Shown here: in pieces, positions 52,591-64,000 of the stretch
Numbering within the stretch: position 1 is the first letter of the stretch
Layout of the letters: every line of letters starts with the position of its first letter
Assembly: GCA_963819945.1 (NCBI GenBank)
Contig: CAWFYD010000001.1
Coordinates: 67,755-131,754, forward strand
DNA from: an uncultured Acidimicrobiia bacterium
Lineage (GTDB): Bacteria; Actinomycetota; Acidimicrobiia; IMCC26256; JAENVU01
Length of the DNA: 64,000 nucleotides
Direction of reading: 5' to 3'
The notes under the pieces: model-generated
Databases searched by the model: none
The model's input: the letters and a program-made list of their open reading frames with translations, nothing else
Told to the model about the DNA's origin: nothing
Program-made: the position numbers and the translations under genes

Positions 52591-53683
52591 CTATGCCTGC
52601 TCGCGCAACGCTCCGAGCAGCGTCGTAACCGATCGTTCCCGGGCGGAATGGCCCATGAGACCGATGCGCCAGGCCTTCCCGGCGAACTCGCCCAGGCCCC
52701 CGCCGACCTCGATCCCGTACTCGGTCAGCAGCGCCTTGCGCAGAACGGCCTCGTCGCGTCCGGCCGGGAGCGCAGTGGACGTCAGCTGCGGGAGGCGGTG
52801 TCCTTCCTCGGCGATGAGAGTCCAACCGAGATCGACCAGGCCGTCCTGGAGGCGCGTCCCGAACGGCGCGGTGACGCGCCCACGCGGCATCGAGCCCTTC
52901 GTCGAGCACCGCGCCGAGCCCGGCGTGCAACGCCGCGATCATCGCGGTCGGCGCAGTGTGGTGGTACTTGCGCGAACCGCCGACGTAGTCACCGATCAGA
53001 CCCAGGTCGAGGTACCACGACTGGGGCGGCGTCGATCGTGACTTCACCCGCTCGACGGCGCGGGGCGAGAACGTCAGGGGCGAAAGCCCGGGCGGCACAC
53101 CGAGACATTTCTGCGTGCCGGAGTACGACGCGTCGATCCCCCAGCCGTCGACCTCGAGCGGGATGCCACCGAGCGATGTCACGGTATCGACGAGCAGGAG
53201 CGTCTCGGTGGCCTGGAGCGCACCCAACGGCGCGACGTCGTTCTCGACTCCCGTCGACGTCTCCGCGTGCACGACGGCGACGAGGCGGGCGCGCGGATGC
53301 GCCCGCTGCGCTTCGAGCAACCGGCCCGGATCGAGCGCGTGACCCCACGGCGCCTCGACGCGCACGACATCGGCCCCGCAACGACGAGCGACCTCGCACA
53401 TCCGCTCGCCGAACACTCCGTTCACACCGATGATCACCGTGTCGCCGGGCTCGACCAGGTTGACGAAGCACGCTTCCATGCCTGCCGACCCGGTTCCGGA
53501 GATCGGTAGCGTCAACGCGTTGTCGGTGCGGAACACCGTCCGGAGTCGCGCGCAGGTCTCGTCGAGGATCGCGAGGAAATCGGGATCGAGATGGCCCAGC
53601 AACGGGCGCGCGAATGCCGCGGCAACTTCCGGGTACGGATTGGACGGCCCGGGGCCGAGGAGCAGACGATCGGTCAGAGGCAC
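52591..53683 (-). CDS. class V aminotransferase (alanine/serine-glyoxylate aminotransferase-like); one frameshift near 52880
   Basis: LLLGPGPSNPYPEV...SGTGSAGMEA...YSGTQKCLGVPPGLSP (PLP lysine) is in ORF 52430..53683. The C-terminus is in ORF 52591..52890. Confidence 0.9.
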
Positions 53684-53713
53684 GGCCGCATCGTAGTGAT
53701 GCGTACGGCCTTC

Positions 53714-54088
53714 CTACGCGGCGGCGCTCGAGACGTCGCCCCAGATGCGGGACAGGTGCCGCACCGCGGGGTCGGCCCCGGTTCCGGCGACGAGCGCCCG
53801 GGCGAGGAGCGCAGCTTCCCGGGCCACGCGAATGACGACCGCGCTCGGGATCTCGAGGTCCGACTTCTCCGCGGCGCTCCGCACCGCCTGCACCGCTTCG
53901 TGCGCCGCGCGGGCTGCGATGCGGCTGCGACCCGCCTGGCGCAGCGCTTCGTCGATGCACATCACGTCTTCCCAGGCCGCGACCTCATCGGCGACAGTCT
54001 GGTGATGCTCGTCGATCGCGCACGCCACGGCCCGTAGGTCGTCGCCGCTCAAACCGGCGAGAGCATCTACGAACGTCTCGAGCTCCAC
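53714..54088 (-). CDS. hypothetical helical protein (124 aa)
   Basis: Intact ORF. No family recognised. Confidence 0.45.
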   Translation of the reverse strand: MELETFVDALAGLSGDDLRAVACAIDEHHQTVADEVAAWEDVMCIDEALRQAGRSRIAARAAHEAVQAVRSAAEKSDLEIPSAVVIRVAREAALLARALVAGTGADPAVRHLSRIWGDVSSAAA

Positions 54089-54134
54089 ACCAGGATTAAC
54101 GGCGCTTGCACCGGCGGGTATGAGCAGAAACTTC

Positions 54135-54149
54135 CCCCGGTTTCCGGGG
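54135..54149 (-). terminator. short stem-loop CCCCGG-AAA-CCGGGG followed by GAAGUUUCUGC on the minus strand
   Basis: It lies 9 nt downstream of the ppx stop. The stem is weak (6 bp) and the U-run short. Confidence 0.3.
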
Positions 54150-54157
54150 CGCGGGGT

Positions 54158-55091
54158 TCAGCCGCGGCGGGCCAGGCTCCGCACCAGGCCGTCCAAGATG
54201 TCCGCCTCGGACACCAGGAGCTCGTCGAACTCCAGCGTCCGGAGGATGGTCACGAGGATGATCACGCCGCCCACGATGACGTCGACCCGCCCCGGTTCCA
54301 GCCCCGGATTGTGACGGCGCTGCCGCGGCAGATTCCGTCGCGAGCGTGCGGAAGACCTCTTCGACCGATGCCCGGGTCAGCCGGCTGTGGTGGATGCGAT
54401 CGCGGTCGTACTCCACGAGCCCGAGCTCGACGGCCGCCACGGTCGTGACGGTGCCGGCGAGACCGATGAGGGTGCGCGCTTGGGTCGCGCCCGTCACTTC
54501 ACGGGCGACGTCGGCGACGTATTCGCGCACGACGTGCACCGCCTGGCTCAGCTCCTCCGGCGCCGGCGGGTCGGAGTGGAGCCACGCCTCCGTGATCCGC
54601 ACACAACCGATGTCGACGGACATCGACGCCTCGGGCCGGTCGGTTCCCACGACGAACTCGGTGGAGCCACCACCGATGTCGACGACGAGGTACGGGGGTT
54701 CCTCCGTGCCGTCCAGCTCCATCGTCGCGCCGAGGAACGAGAGCTCCGCCTCTTCCTCGCCGGACAGCAGCTCGAGCTCGGTACCGAGGATGTCGGCCGC
54801 CGGCTTGAACAGGTCGTCACGATTCGTCGCGTCACGCGCGGCACTCGTCGCGGTCGCCCGCACCGCGTCCACTCCACCGAGGTCGTCCATCGCCGTGCGG
54901 TACTCGCGCAGTGCCGCGAGCGTGCGATCGATCGCTTCCGGGGCCAGCCGGTGCGTGGCGTCGACCCCCTGCCCGAGCCGGGTGATCGTCATGCGCCGGT
55001 CGAGGGTCACGAGCGGGTCCGCGGGATCGGTGAGCTCACCCACGAGCAGGCGCGTCGAGTTGGTCCCGAGGTCGAGCGCGGCGGCTCTCAT
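54158..55091 (-). CDS. ppx: Ppx/GppA-family exopolyphosphatase; one frameshift near 54340
   Basis: MRAAALDLGTNSTRLLV...DIGGGSTEF is in ORF 54096..55172. The tail ...VIVGGVIILVTILRTLEFDELLVSEADILDGL reads in another frame to TGA 54158..54160. The ATG overlaps the DUF501 stop. Confidence 0.9.
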
Positions 55092-55531
55092 GCGTCGAGG
55101 CGTGCCGCGACCCAGGCACCCACGGGATCCGACCCCCCGGCCAGGTGCCACGCGTAGTGCGCATGCAGGCACTTCACGCCCTGGCGGGTGCCGCCGACAC
55201 CCCCGAAGGGCCGGGGTCCGGCCCAGCTCTCGGGCAATGCGGCGCTCCGATCGTCTGCGTACGCCGCGTGCGCAACGGCGAGCGCGTCCGGGTCCACCTC
55301 GGATTCGGCGGCCCGCACGCCTCCGTCGGCCTCGAGTCGCGAGACCGCCCGCACCAGGTCCGGCGCGACGAGCCAGTACCGGGTGGGCATCGGTGTGCCG
55401 TCGGCCAGGAGTGGCGCGTTGCGGATCACCGCCGGCTCACCGGACTCCGATCGGACGACGACGTCGAAGTCGGCACGCGGAGTGCGACCGAGCAGCTCGG
55501 TGACCCGTTCGACATCGGCAGACAGAGGCAA
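55088..55531 (-). CDS. DUF501-domain protein
   Basis: This is the C-terminal 147 aa of ORF 55088..56113 (VIRNAPLLADGTPMPTRYWLV...GGTRQGVKCLHAHYAWHLAGG.DPVG). The TTG start at 55531 is tentative. Confidence 0.8.
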   Translation of the reverse strand: MPLSADVERVTELLGRTPRADFDVVVRSESGEPAVIRNAPLLADGTPMPTRYWLVAPDLVRAVSRLEADGGVRAAESEVDPDALAVAHAAYADDRSAALPESWAGPRPFGGVGGTRQGVKCLHAHYAWHLAGGSDPVGAWVAARLDA

Positions 55532-55617
55532 CCACGGGCCGAGCGTAGGCGGGAGCGGGCACGAAGTGCGGAGGCCGGAGCGACCCAGAAAGCCGAGGTA
55601 CGTCGGGCTCGTCCGGC

Positions 55618-57306
<1,689 letters not shown>

Positions 57307-57328
57307 TCAGCGCCAAACACAAGGGTGG

Positions 57329-57347
57329 TGACCCGAAACTCGGGTCA
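57329..57347 (-). terminator. stem-loop TGACCCGA-N3-TCGGGTCA in the mazG-eno spacer
   Basis: The 8-bp perfect stem is followed on the minus strand by CCACCCUUGUGUUUGG. Confidence 0.35.
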
Positions 57348-57524
57348 GACCGTCTCTGCGGCGGCGAACTCCATTCGGACATCGTGGAGCGAACCACTCA
57401 TCAACGCGCGCCGCGGCAACCCGAGGCTGCGCAGCTCGCGATCGGATGATCGCCGAGCTCGAGCCGCTCACCGCCGAACCGCACGGGGACACTGAGCAGG
57501 GGGTACGGCTCGGCGCGATGCGGA

Positions 57525-58996
57525 TCAGACTCCCGCTTCGATCCAGAGCGCGGCCACCCGGTCGGGCGGCGCGGCCGCGAGGTCGACGTGCTGTGCGGCC
57601 GCGAGCTGCTCCATCCGCACGAACCGGTCGCGAAAGCGCGCCGACCACCCGCGCAACGCCGTCTCGGCGTCGACGCCGCGCGCGCGGGCCAGCACGACCG
57701 CGGCCGCGAGCAGGTCACCGAGCCCGGCCTCCGTCGCGGCGGCATCGGCGCCACGCAGCGCCTCGACCGCGAGCGACGCGCGTTCGAGCGCTTCGACATC
57801 GGTACCGGGCTCGAGCCCGATCGACGCCGCCTTGCGGTACAGCTTGTGGGCGTAGAGCAACGACGCGAGCCCGGGGCTGATCCCCTCGACCAGCGAATCC
57901 GTGCCCTTCTCGGCCTTCTTGATCTGCTCCCAGTTCGTCATGACCTCGGACACGGTGTCGGCGTCCGTCCGGCGAACACGTGGGGATGGCGGCGCACGAG
58001 CTTCTCGTGGATCCCCCGAGCAACGTCCCCGATCGTGAACGCACCCGCCTCGCGAGCGAGCACCGAATGGAACACGACCTGGTACAGGAGATCGCCGAGC
58101 TCGTCCTCCAGCCGCGCGTAGGCGTCCGCGTCGACCTCGCCGGCCGGCGCATCCGCCGGGAGCCCCTCGATCGCCTCGACCGTCTCGTACGACTCCTCGA
58201 GCAGGTACCGCGCCAGCGAGTGGTGCGTCTGCTCGGCGTCCCACGGGCAGCCACCCGGCGCCCGGAGCAGCTCGGACAGCGCGACCAGCTCGGCGAACTC
58301 GCCCGCGACCGTCGCCGGCCCGGCGTCGACGAACACCGACGTCAGGTGGTCCGCGTCGACGTTCGCGATCGAGGGCCTCGAGCGGCATGCGTGACGACCC
58401 GCTCATCGGGGAGGCCGAGACGCTGCAGCACCGTGACCGGAGTGTCGGCCGGCAGCGACTCGAGCAGCACCAGCTTGATGTCCGACAGGATCATCTGGTT
58501 GATGCAGTGACCGATCAGCAACGGTCCGTGCAGGCCCGCGGCTTCGATCGCGAACCGCTGCCCGTCGACCAGCCGCGCGCCGTCCATCGGATCCACCGCG
58601 AGCCGGGACCACGCGAGATCCGCGAACGACAGGCCGGGCACGATCTCCAACGCGATCTCGCCGCGCCCGTCGGCCTCGCGCAACAACGTGACGGTGCGCT
58701 CGGCGACACCCGGATTCCCCGGCACCGCGTAGCAGATCGACCCGTGCTCCGTTCGCCGCCGCAACCAACGCGTCGGCGATGTCGCGGTACAGGTCGTCGA
58801 AGTGCTCCGCCGCGTCGTAGCGGTCGTCGAACGTCTCGAACTCGAGTCCGTGCGCCGCGAGCTCGTCGATCGCCGGATGGCGCGCGGTGCGCGCGTACCG
58901 GTGGGGCATGTACGAGATGGTCGAGCGGGCCGAGGGCAGCATCAGGTCGACGCCCGCCGGACCGAGTCCGACGGCGACGACGCGCCCCGGCGTCAC
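57525..58996 (-). CDS. mazG: fused tetrapyrrole-methylase-like domain and MazG nucleoside-triphosphate pyrophosphohydrolase (YabN-like); frameshifted
   Basis: The methylase-like N-domain is in ORFs 58403..58996 and 58342..58764 (VVAVGLGPAG..., YAVPGNPGVAERTV). MazG repeat 1 is in ORF 57938..58336 (CPWDAEQTHHSLARYLLEESYE...ELGDLLYQV). Repeat 2 is in ORF 57525..58406 (NWEQIKKAEK...). Confidence 0.85.
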
Positions 58997-59117
58997 GGCG
59001 CGGGCGTGGTGGGCGGGCTGGTCGGGGTCTGGCCGCTCGGAGCCTGGCCGGAGGGCGCAACCGTCGTGGTCGTGGCGGGCCGGTCCTTGGGCTTCGGCGC
59101 CTTCGGCGGCGCGATCG

Positions 59118-60091
59118 TCACGCCCGACGGCGGTCCGGCTCGACGCTGCCGTAGCGCGGGTCGACCCAGAGCTTCGAGCCCTTCAGCTCCTTGTTCAGGA
59201 ACGCGGTGAGCGGGTTGTCCTGGCCCTGCTGCTGCGCGTACGCCTCTTCGATGACGGGGCGGGCCGTGGCGAAGTCCCACGGCGCGACCTTGATGACGTG
59301 GAAGCCGAACTCGGTCTGCACCGGGCGCGGACACGGTGCCGACCGGAGTGGCGAGTCGCGGCGTTGCGGAAGGGCTCCGTCGAGCTGGGTGAACTGCTGC
59401 GAGTCGGTGCAGGCGACGAGACCGCCGCGCGACGCCGAGCCGGTGTCGGTGGACTGCTGCTTGGCCAGCGTCGCGAAGTCGGTGCCGCTGGCGAGCGCCG
59501 ACTCGACCGAGATCCGCTTCGGCCTTGGTCGCGACGAGGATGTGCGCGACGACCGTGCCGCTCGGGCAGAACTGCGACTTCGAGCTCTCGAAGAACTGCT
59601 CGAGCTCGGCTTCGGTCGCCGCGCGCTCGGTTGCGGGAGGCTGGACTTCACCGCTTCGATCCGCTCCTGCCGCGCGATGACCTCGTTCTGGAACGACTTC
59701 GGGAACGCGTTGAAGATCTTCGCGTTCACGAAGATGGCCTCGGCGGCGGTCTTCGCATCCGGTCTTGTTCTGCGCCGTGATCTTGAGGTTCTTCTGCGTT
59801 GAAGACCCGGTCGACGAAGACCTGGTTCACGAGCGACGTCAGCCAGCCGGTCGTGATCGCGGGGCTGATGCTGCCCGGCGTCGGGCGGACCTCGAGCGGC
59901 GGGTTCTGCTTGCTCAGCTCCTTCGCCAGCTCCTTGTTGTCGGCGATGATGTTGAGCTCGTCGTCGAGCTGGCTGCGGCTGATCCCGGTCTTGCCGACCG
60001 TGGCCGCGTCGGGGTCACCGGCCGAGCCGCAGGCGGAGAGCAGCAGGGCCGCGACGAGGGTCGCGGCGAGGAGCACGAGGGGGCGCTTCAC
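59118..60091 (-). CDS. second parvulin-type PPIase lipoprotein (PrsA/SurA-like); several frameshifts
   Basis: GTG 60091 is followed by the lipobox LLLSACGS, at the tail of ORF 59726..61186. The PpiC core ...VQTEFGFHVIKVAPW... and the C-terminus are in ORF 59118..59729. Confidence 0.75.
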
Positions 60092-60123
60092 AGAACTTGG
60101 GACTCTACCGGCCGCCACCCGCG

Positions 60124-63100
60124 TCATCCGGGCGCGGGGCCCTCGGAGCCCGCGCGGAATCAGCTCTCGCAGGAGCGCGAGCAGGTGGTCCGAGACCTCG
60201 TCGGGCGTGACCGTGAGCGGGATCGCGACCTCGCCGTCCTCCTTGGCCGTGGCCCGGGGCGCGAGCCGGCGCAGGCGGACCTTCTGGCTCTCCCGCAACG
60301 TGAGGCCGTCGATCCGGGCGACGCCCTTCTGCACCGAGACGTTCGTGGCGCCGACCCGCACCGCCTCCGCCCGGAGCCGGGCGACGGAGAGCAGCGCCTC
60401 GGCCGCCGGCGGCAGCGGGCCGTAGCGGTCGAGCCATTCCGTCCGCACGTCGTCGACGTCCTCCTGGGTGGTGACCGCGGCGAGCCGGCGGTACGCCTCC
60501 ATGCGCACGTCGTCGCGACTCACGTACTCGCGTGGGAGGTGCGCGTCGACGGGGATGTCGATCACGACTTCGGCTTCCTCGACCTTCGGCTCGCCCTTCA
60601 GCTCGCCCACGGCCTCGGTCACCAGCTCGCAGTAGAGGTCGAAGCCGACGGCCGCGATGTGACCGCTCTGCGCGCCGCCGAGCAGGTTGCCGGCGCCGCG
60701 GATCTCGAGGTCACGCATCGCGAGCTTGAAGCCCGAACCGAGGTCCGTGAACTCGCCGATGGCCTTGAGCCGTTCGTACGCCTCCTCGCTCAGCACCCGG
60801 TCCTGCGGGTGGAGCAGGTACGCGTACGCGCGTGATCCGCGGCGGCCGACCCGACCGCGCAGCTGGTAGAGCTGCGCGAGGCCGAGCAGGTCGGCCCGGT
60901 CCACGACCATCGTGTTCACCGTCGGCATGTCCAGCCCGCTCTCGATGATCGTCGTGCACACGAGCACGTCGAACTCACGATCGGCGAAGTCGAGCACCAC
61001 GCGCTCCAGCCGGCTCTCGTCCATCTGCCCGTGCGCGATCGCCACCCGGGCGCCGGGAACGAGCTCGCGCACCTGGGCCGCGACGTGCTCGATGTCCTGC
61101 ACCCGGTTGTGCACGTAGAAGACCTGACCCTCGCGCAGCAGCTCGCGCCGGATGGCCTCGCGAGACGGCCCGGTCGTCGTACTCACCGACGTAGGTGAGG
61201 ATCGGCTGCCGCTCTTCCGGCGGCGTCTGGACGAGCGAGAGGTCCCGGATGCCGGTGAGGCTCATCTCGAGCGTGCGGGGGATCGGTGTCGCGGTGAGCG
61301 TGAGGACGTCCACGTGCGCCCGCAGCGCCTTGATCTTCTCCTTGTGCTGCACTCCGAACCGCTGCTCCTCGTCGATCACGAGCAGGCCGAGGTCCTTCAG
61401 CGCAACGTCGTCCGAGAGGAGCCGGTGCGTGCCGATGATCACGTCCACCGCGCCCGACGCGACGTCCGCGACGACCGCCGGTCTGCTCCTTCTGGGTGAG
61501 GAACCGGCTCAGCACGTCGACGCGCACCGGATAGCCGGCGAAGCGCTCGCGGAAGGTCTGGCCGTGCTGGTTCGCGAGCAGGGTCGTCGGGGCGAGGATC
61601 GCCACCTGCTTCCCGTCCTGCACCGCCTTGAACGTCGCGCGCATCGCGACCTCGGTCTTGCCGTAGCCGACGTCGCCACAGATGAGGCGGTCCATCGGGA
61701 TCGGGCCGCTCCATGTCGGCCTTCACGTCCACGATGGCCTGCAGCTGGTCGGGCGTCTCCTCGTACGGGAACGCATCCTCCAGCTCGCGCTGCCACGGCG
61801 TGTCGGGCGAGAACGCGAAGCCGGGCGCGGCGAGCCGCTGGCGGTAGAGGATCACGAGCTCGGCCGCGATCTCCTGCACCGCGCTGCGCACCTTGTTGCG
61901 CGTCTTCTGCCAGTCGGTACCGCCCATCTTGCTGAGCGACGGCGACTCCCCGCCGGTGTACCGACGGATCGCGCTGACCTGGTCCGTCGGGACGTAGAGC
62001 TTGTCGCCGCCGCGGTAGGCGACGAGCAGGTAGTCGCGCTCCACACCGCCGATCGCCCGCGCGACCATGCCTTCGTAGCGACCGACGCCGTGCACCTGGT
62101 GCACGACGAAGTCGCCCGGCTTCAGATCCTCGTAGTAGTCGACCGCCTTGCGCGCCTCGCGAGGCCGGCGATGCACACGGCGACGACCGGTGAGGTCCGC
62201 CTCGGCGATGAGCGCGAGCTTCGCGTTCGGCGCGACCACGCCGCGCTCGAGCGGCGCGATGACGACGGAGATGGTGCCGGCCTTCAGGCTCGGAACTTCA
62301 CGGATCGGTGCTTCGATCCCCTCGCCCGCGAGCACGTCGCGCAGGCGCGACGCGGAGCCGCTGCCCTCGGCCGCGATGACGATGCGCATCCCGTCGTCGC
62401 GCAGTGAGCGAATGCGGCCGGCCAGCGCTTCGACATCGCCGACGACCGGGTCGAACGCCGACGCCCCGAGCTGCGGGGTGTCCGGCGAGTCCGGCGAGGC
62501 GAGCAGGCTCGTCGCGCCCGCCTTGGTGTGCGCCAGCAGCCGCTCGAACGGCAGCGAGAGGCGGGGGAAGACGTCGCCCTCGGCCTCCCACGTCCCGGCG
62601 AGCGTCTCGGCCAGGCTGGCTTCCTCGTCGAGCAGCTCGACTGGCCCGGTCCCGCAGCCGGCGCGGCTCGACGAGCAGCACGCGGGCGCCGGCGGGCAGG
62701 AGATCGGGCAGCAGGTGCTCGTCCTCGGTGAGCCACGGGAGCCAGGACTCCATCCCGTCGAAGATCTGCCCCTCGGCGAGCCGTTCCCACTGCGCCCGGC
62801 CCCACGGCGCGGTCGGTGATGAGCGCGCGCGGCCCGCTCGCGTACCTCGGGCGTCGCGAGCAGCTCGCGCGCCGGGAAGATCAGCACCTCGGGCGAGCTC
62901 GGCGCTGCTGCGCTGGTCCGCGACCGAGAAGGTGGAGAGGCGATCGATCTCGTCACCCCAGAGATCGATGCGGACCGGGTGATCGGCGGTGGACGGGTAC
63001 ACATCGATGATCGATCCGCGCACCGCGATCTCGCCGCGGCCCTCGACCTGGTACTCGCGCCGGTAGCCCGCGGCGACGAGCTCCTCGAGGAGCCCGTCGT

Positions 63101-63556
63101 GATCGATCTGCGTCGCCCTTGCGCAGCACGATCGGCTCGACGTCCTCGACGTGCGGGCCGAGCCGTTGCACCAGCGCGCGCACGGGCGCGACCACGACGG
63201 CGGGCGCGGCCTCGCCGCCCTCGCGCAGTCGCCACATGATCCGGAGCCGCCGGCCCATCGTCTCGAGCGCCGGGGAGACCCGTTCGAACGGCAGCGTCTC
63301 CCACGCCGGGAACAGCTCGACCGCGTCGGCGCCGAGCATCGGGACGAGATCGCCGGCCAGCCGTTCGGCCTCGGCCACCGTCGGGACCGCGAGCAGGATC
63401 GGGCGCGCTCCGGTCAGGCGGTGCAGCGCCGGCGGTGAACAGCGCCCGGGCCGCATCCGAGACCGCGACGACCTCGCGCAGACCGGACGCGACCGCGCCG
63501 ACGCTGGGGTCTTCGGCCAGCAGCCGGGGCAGCTCGCTGAGGGGCGCCGAGGTCAC
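60124..63556 (-). CDS. mfd: transcription-repair coupling factor; many frameshifts
   Basis: The RNAP-interaction region [15 protein letters not shown] is in ORF 61439..63796. The helicase motifs are [14 protein letters not shown] (ORF 61183..61695), [11 protein letters not shown] and TATPIPRT (ORF 60975..61448), and [19 protein letters not shown] and QLRGRVGR (ORF 59726..61186). The N-terminal UvrB-like part is in ORFs 62953..63456 and 62298..63023. The GTG start at 63556 and the stop near 60124 are approximate. Confidence 0.95.
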
Positions 63557-63680
63557 GGTTTTCGAGGCAGGTGGCACCCCGGCACTATTGCCGGTCCACT
63601 CACCGGACGCGAAACCGCCGGAGCGGCGCCGGCCCGCTCGCGGTCGGGCATTCGCCCTCCGGAGATCTTCGGAAGCTCGG

Positions 63681-64000
63681 CTAATCCGTCGGGCTGATGC
63701 GGTCGAGCATCGAGCTGGTGCTGTAGCCCTCGAGCATCGGGGCCCGCAGCACGCGTCCACCCCAGCTGCGCACCTCGGGCGCACCCACGATGTCACGCTC
63801 GTCGTAGTCCGCGCCCTTGACGAGCACGTCCGGCCGGAGCGCCACGATGAGGGCCTGCGGGGTCGGATCGTCGAACAGGACGATCGCGTCGACCGCGGCC
63901 AGGCCGGCGAGCACCGCGGCGCGCGCGGCCTCGGAGTTCAGCGGCCGGCCCGCGCCCTTCAGCTCGCGCACCGACGAGTCGGTGTTGAGCCCGACCACGA
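63681..64000 (-). CDS. cytidylyltransferase-like protein (RfaE domain II / heptose-1-phosphate adenylyltransferase-like), 5-prime partial at the window edge
   Basis: ORF 63681..63998: VGLNTDSSVRELKGAGRPLNSEAARAAVLAGLAAVDAIVLFDDPTP...VKGADY. Confidence 0.7.
   Translation of the reverse strand, partial: VVGLNTDSSVRELKGAGRPLNSEAARAAVLAGLAAVDAIVLFDDPTPQALIVALRPDVLVKGADYDERDIVGAPEVRSWGGRVLRAPMLEGYSTSSMLDRISPTD

Overview
This is a very GC-rich bacterial chromosomal segment, most likely Actinomycetota. Support: the mfd-mazG-eno-ftsB-DUF501-ppx synteny, F420-type LLM and PPOX enzymes, a mycothiol-type DinB/TIGR03085 protein, frequent GTG/TTG starts, and leaderless-looking promoters. I can support about 60 protein genes, one tRNA (tRNA-Leu, anticodon UAA), no rRNA and no CRISPR array.

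Layout:
- 1-20.8 kb: metabolic and envelope genes (ABC exporter, SGNH hydrolase, acyl-CoA dehydrogenase, malyl-CoA-lyase-like aldolase, NlpC/P60 hydrolase, a LLM/HAD/phosphatase/crotonase operon, a CBS-citrate synthase fusion, an LPXTG protein, a parvulin lipoprotein).
- 20.9-35.5 kb: an accessory-looking block that opens with an intact tyrosine recombinase and ends at the tRNA-Leu. It carries small regulators (HxlR, LuxR/HK, TetR, PadR), a MacB-type ABC pump, a P450, pirin and GNAT.
- 35.9-52.5 kb: mixed housekeeping and accessory genes (MATE, PlsC, epimerase, crotonase, ArsR-SRPBCC, Acs plus GNAT, orn, typA, diguanylate cyclase).
- 52.6-64 kb: a conserved core block (aminotransferase, ppx, DUF501, ftsB, eno, methylase-MazG, parvulin lipoprotein, mfd, partial rfaE-like gene).

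The dominant global feature is that most genes longer than about 0.6 kb have family-recognisable protein sequence that hops between reading frames. Many ORFs in the supplied track are therefore fragments or chimeras of neighbouring genes. My CDS coordinates are frame-stitched gene spans, and several ends are approximate.

I did not find a convincing new multi-gene system. The best leads are a structured leader upstream of the NlpC/P60 gene (possibly ydaO/c-di-AMP-riboswitch-like), a 48-bp hairpin repeat present twice, two or three unusual domain fusions, the bldA-type tRNA, and several clean operator palindromes.
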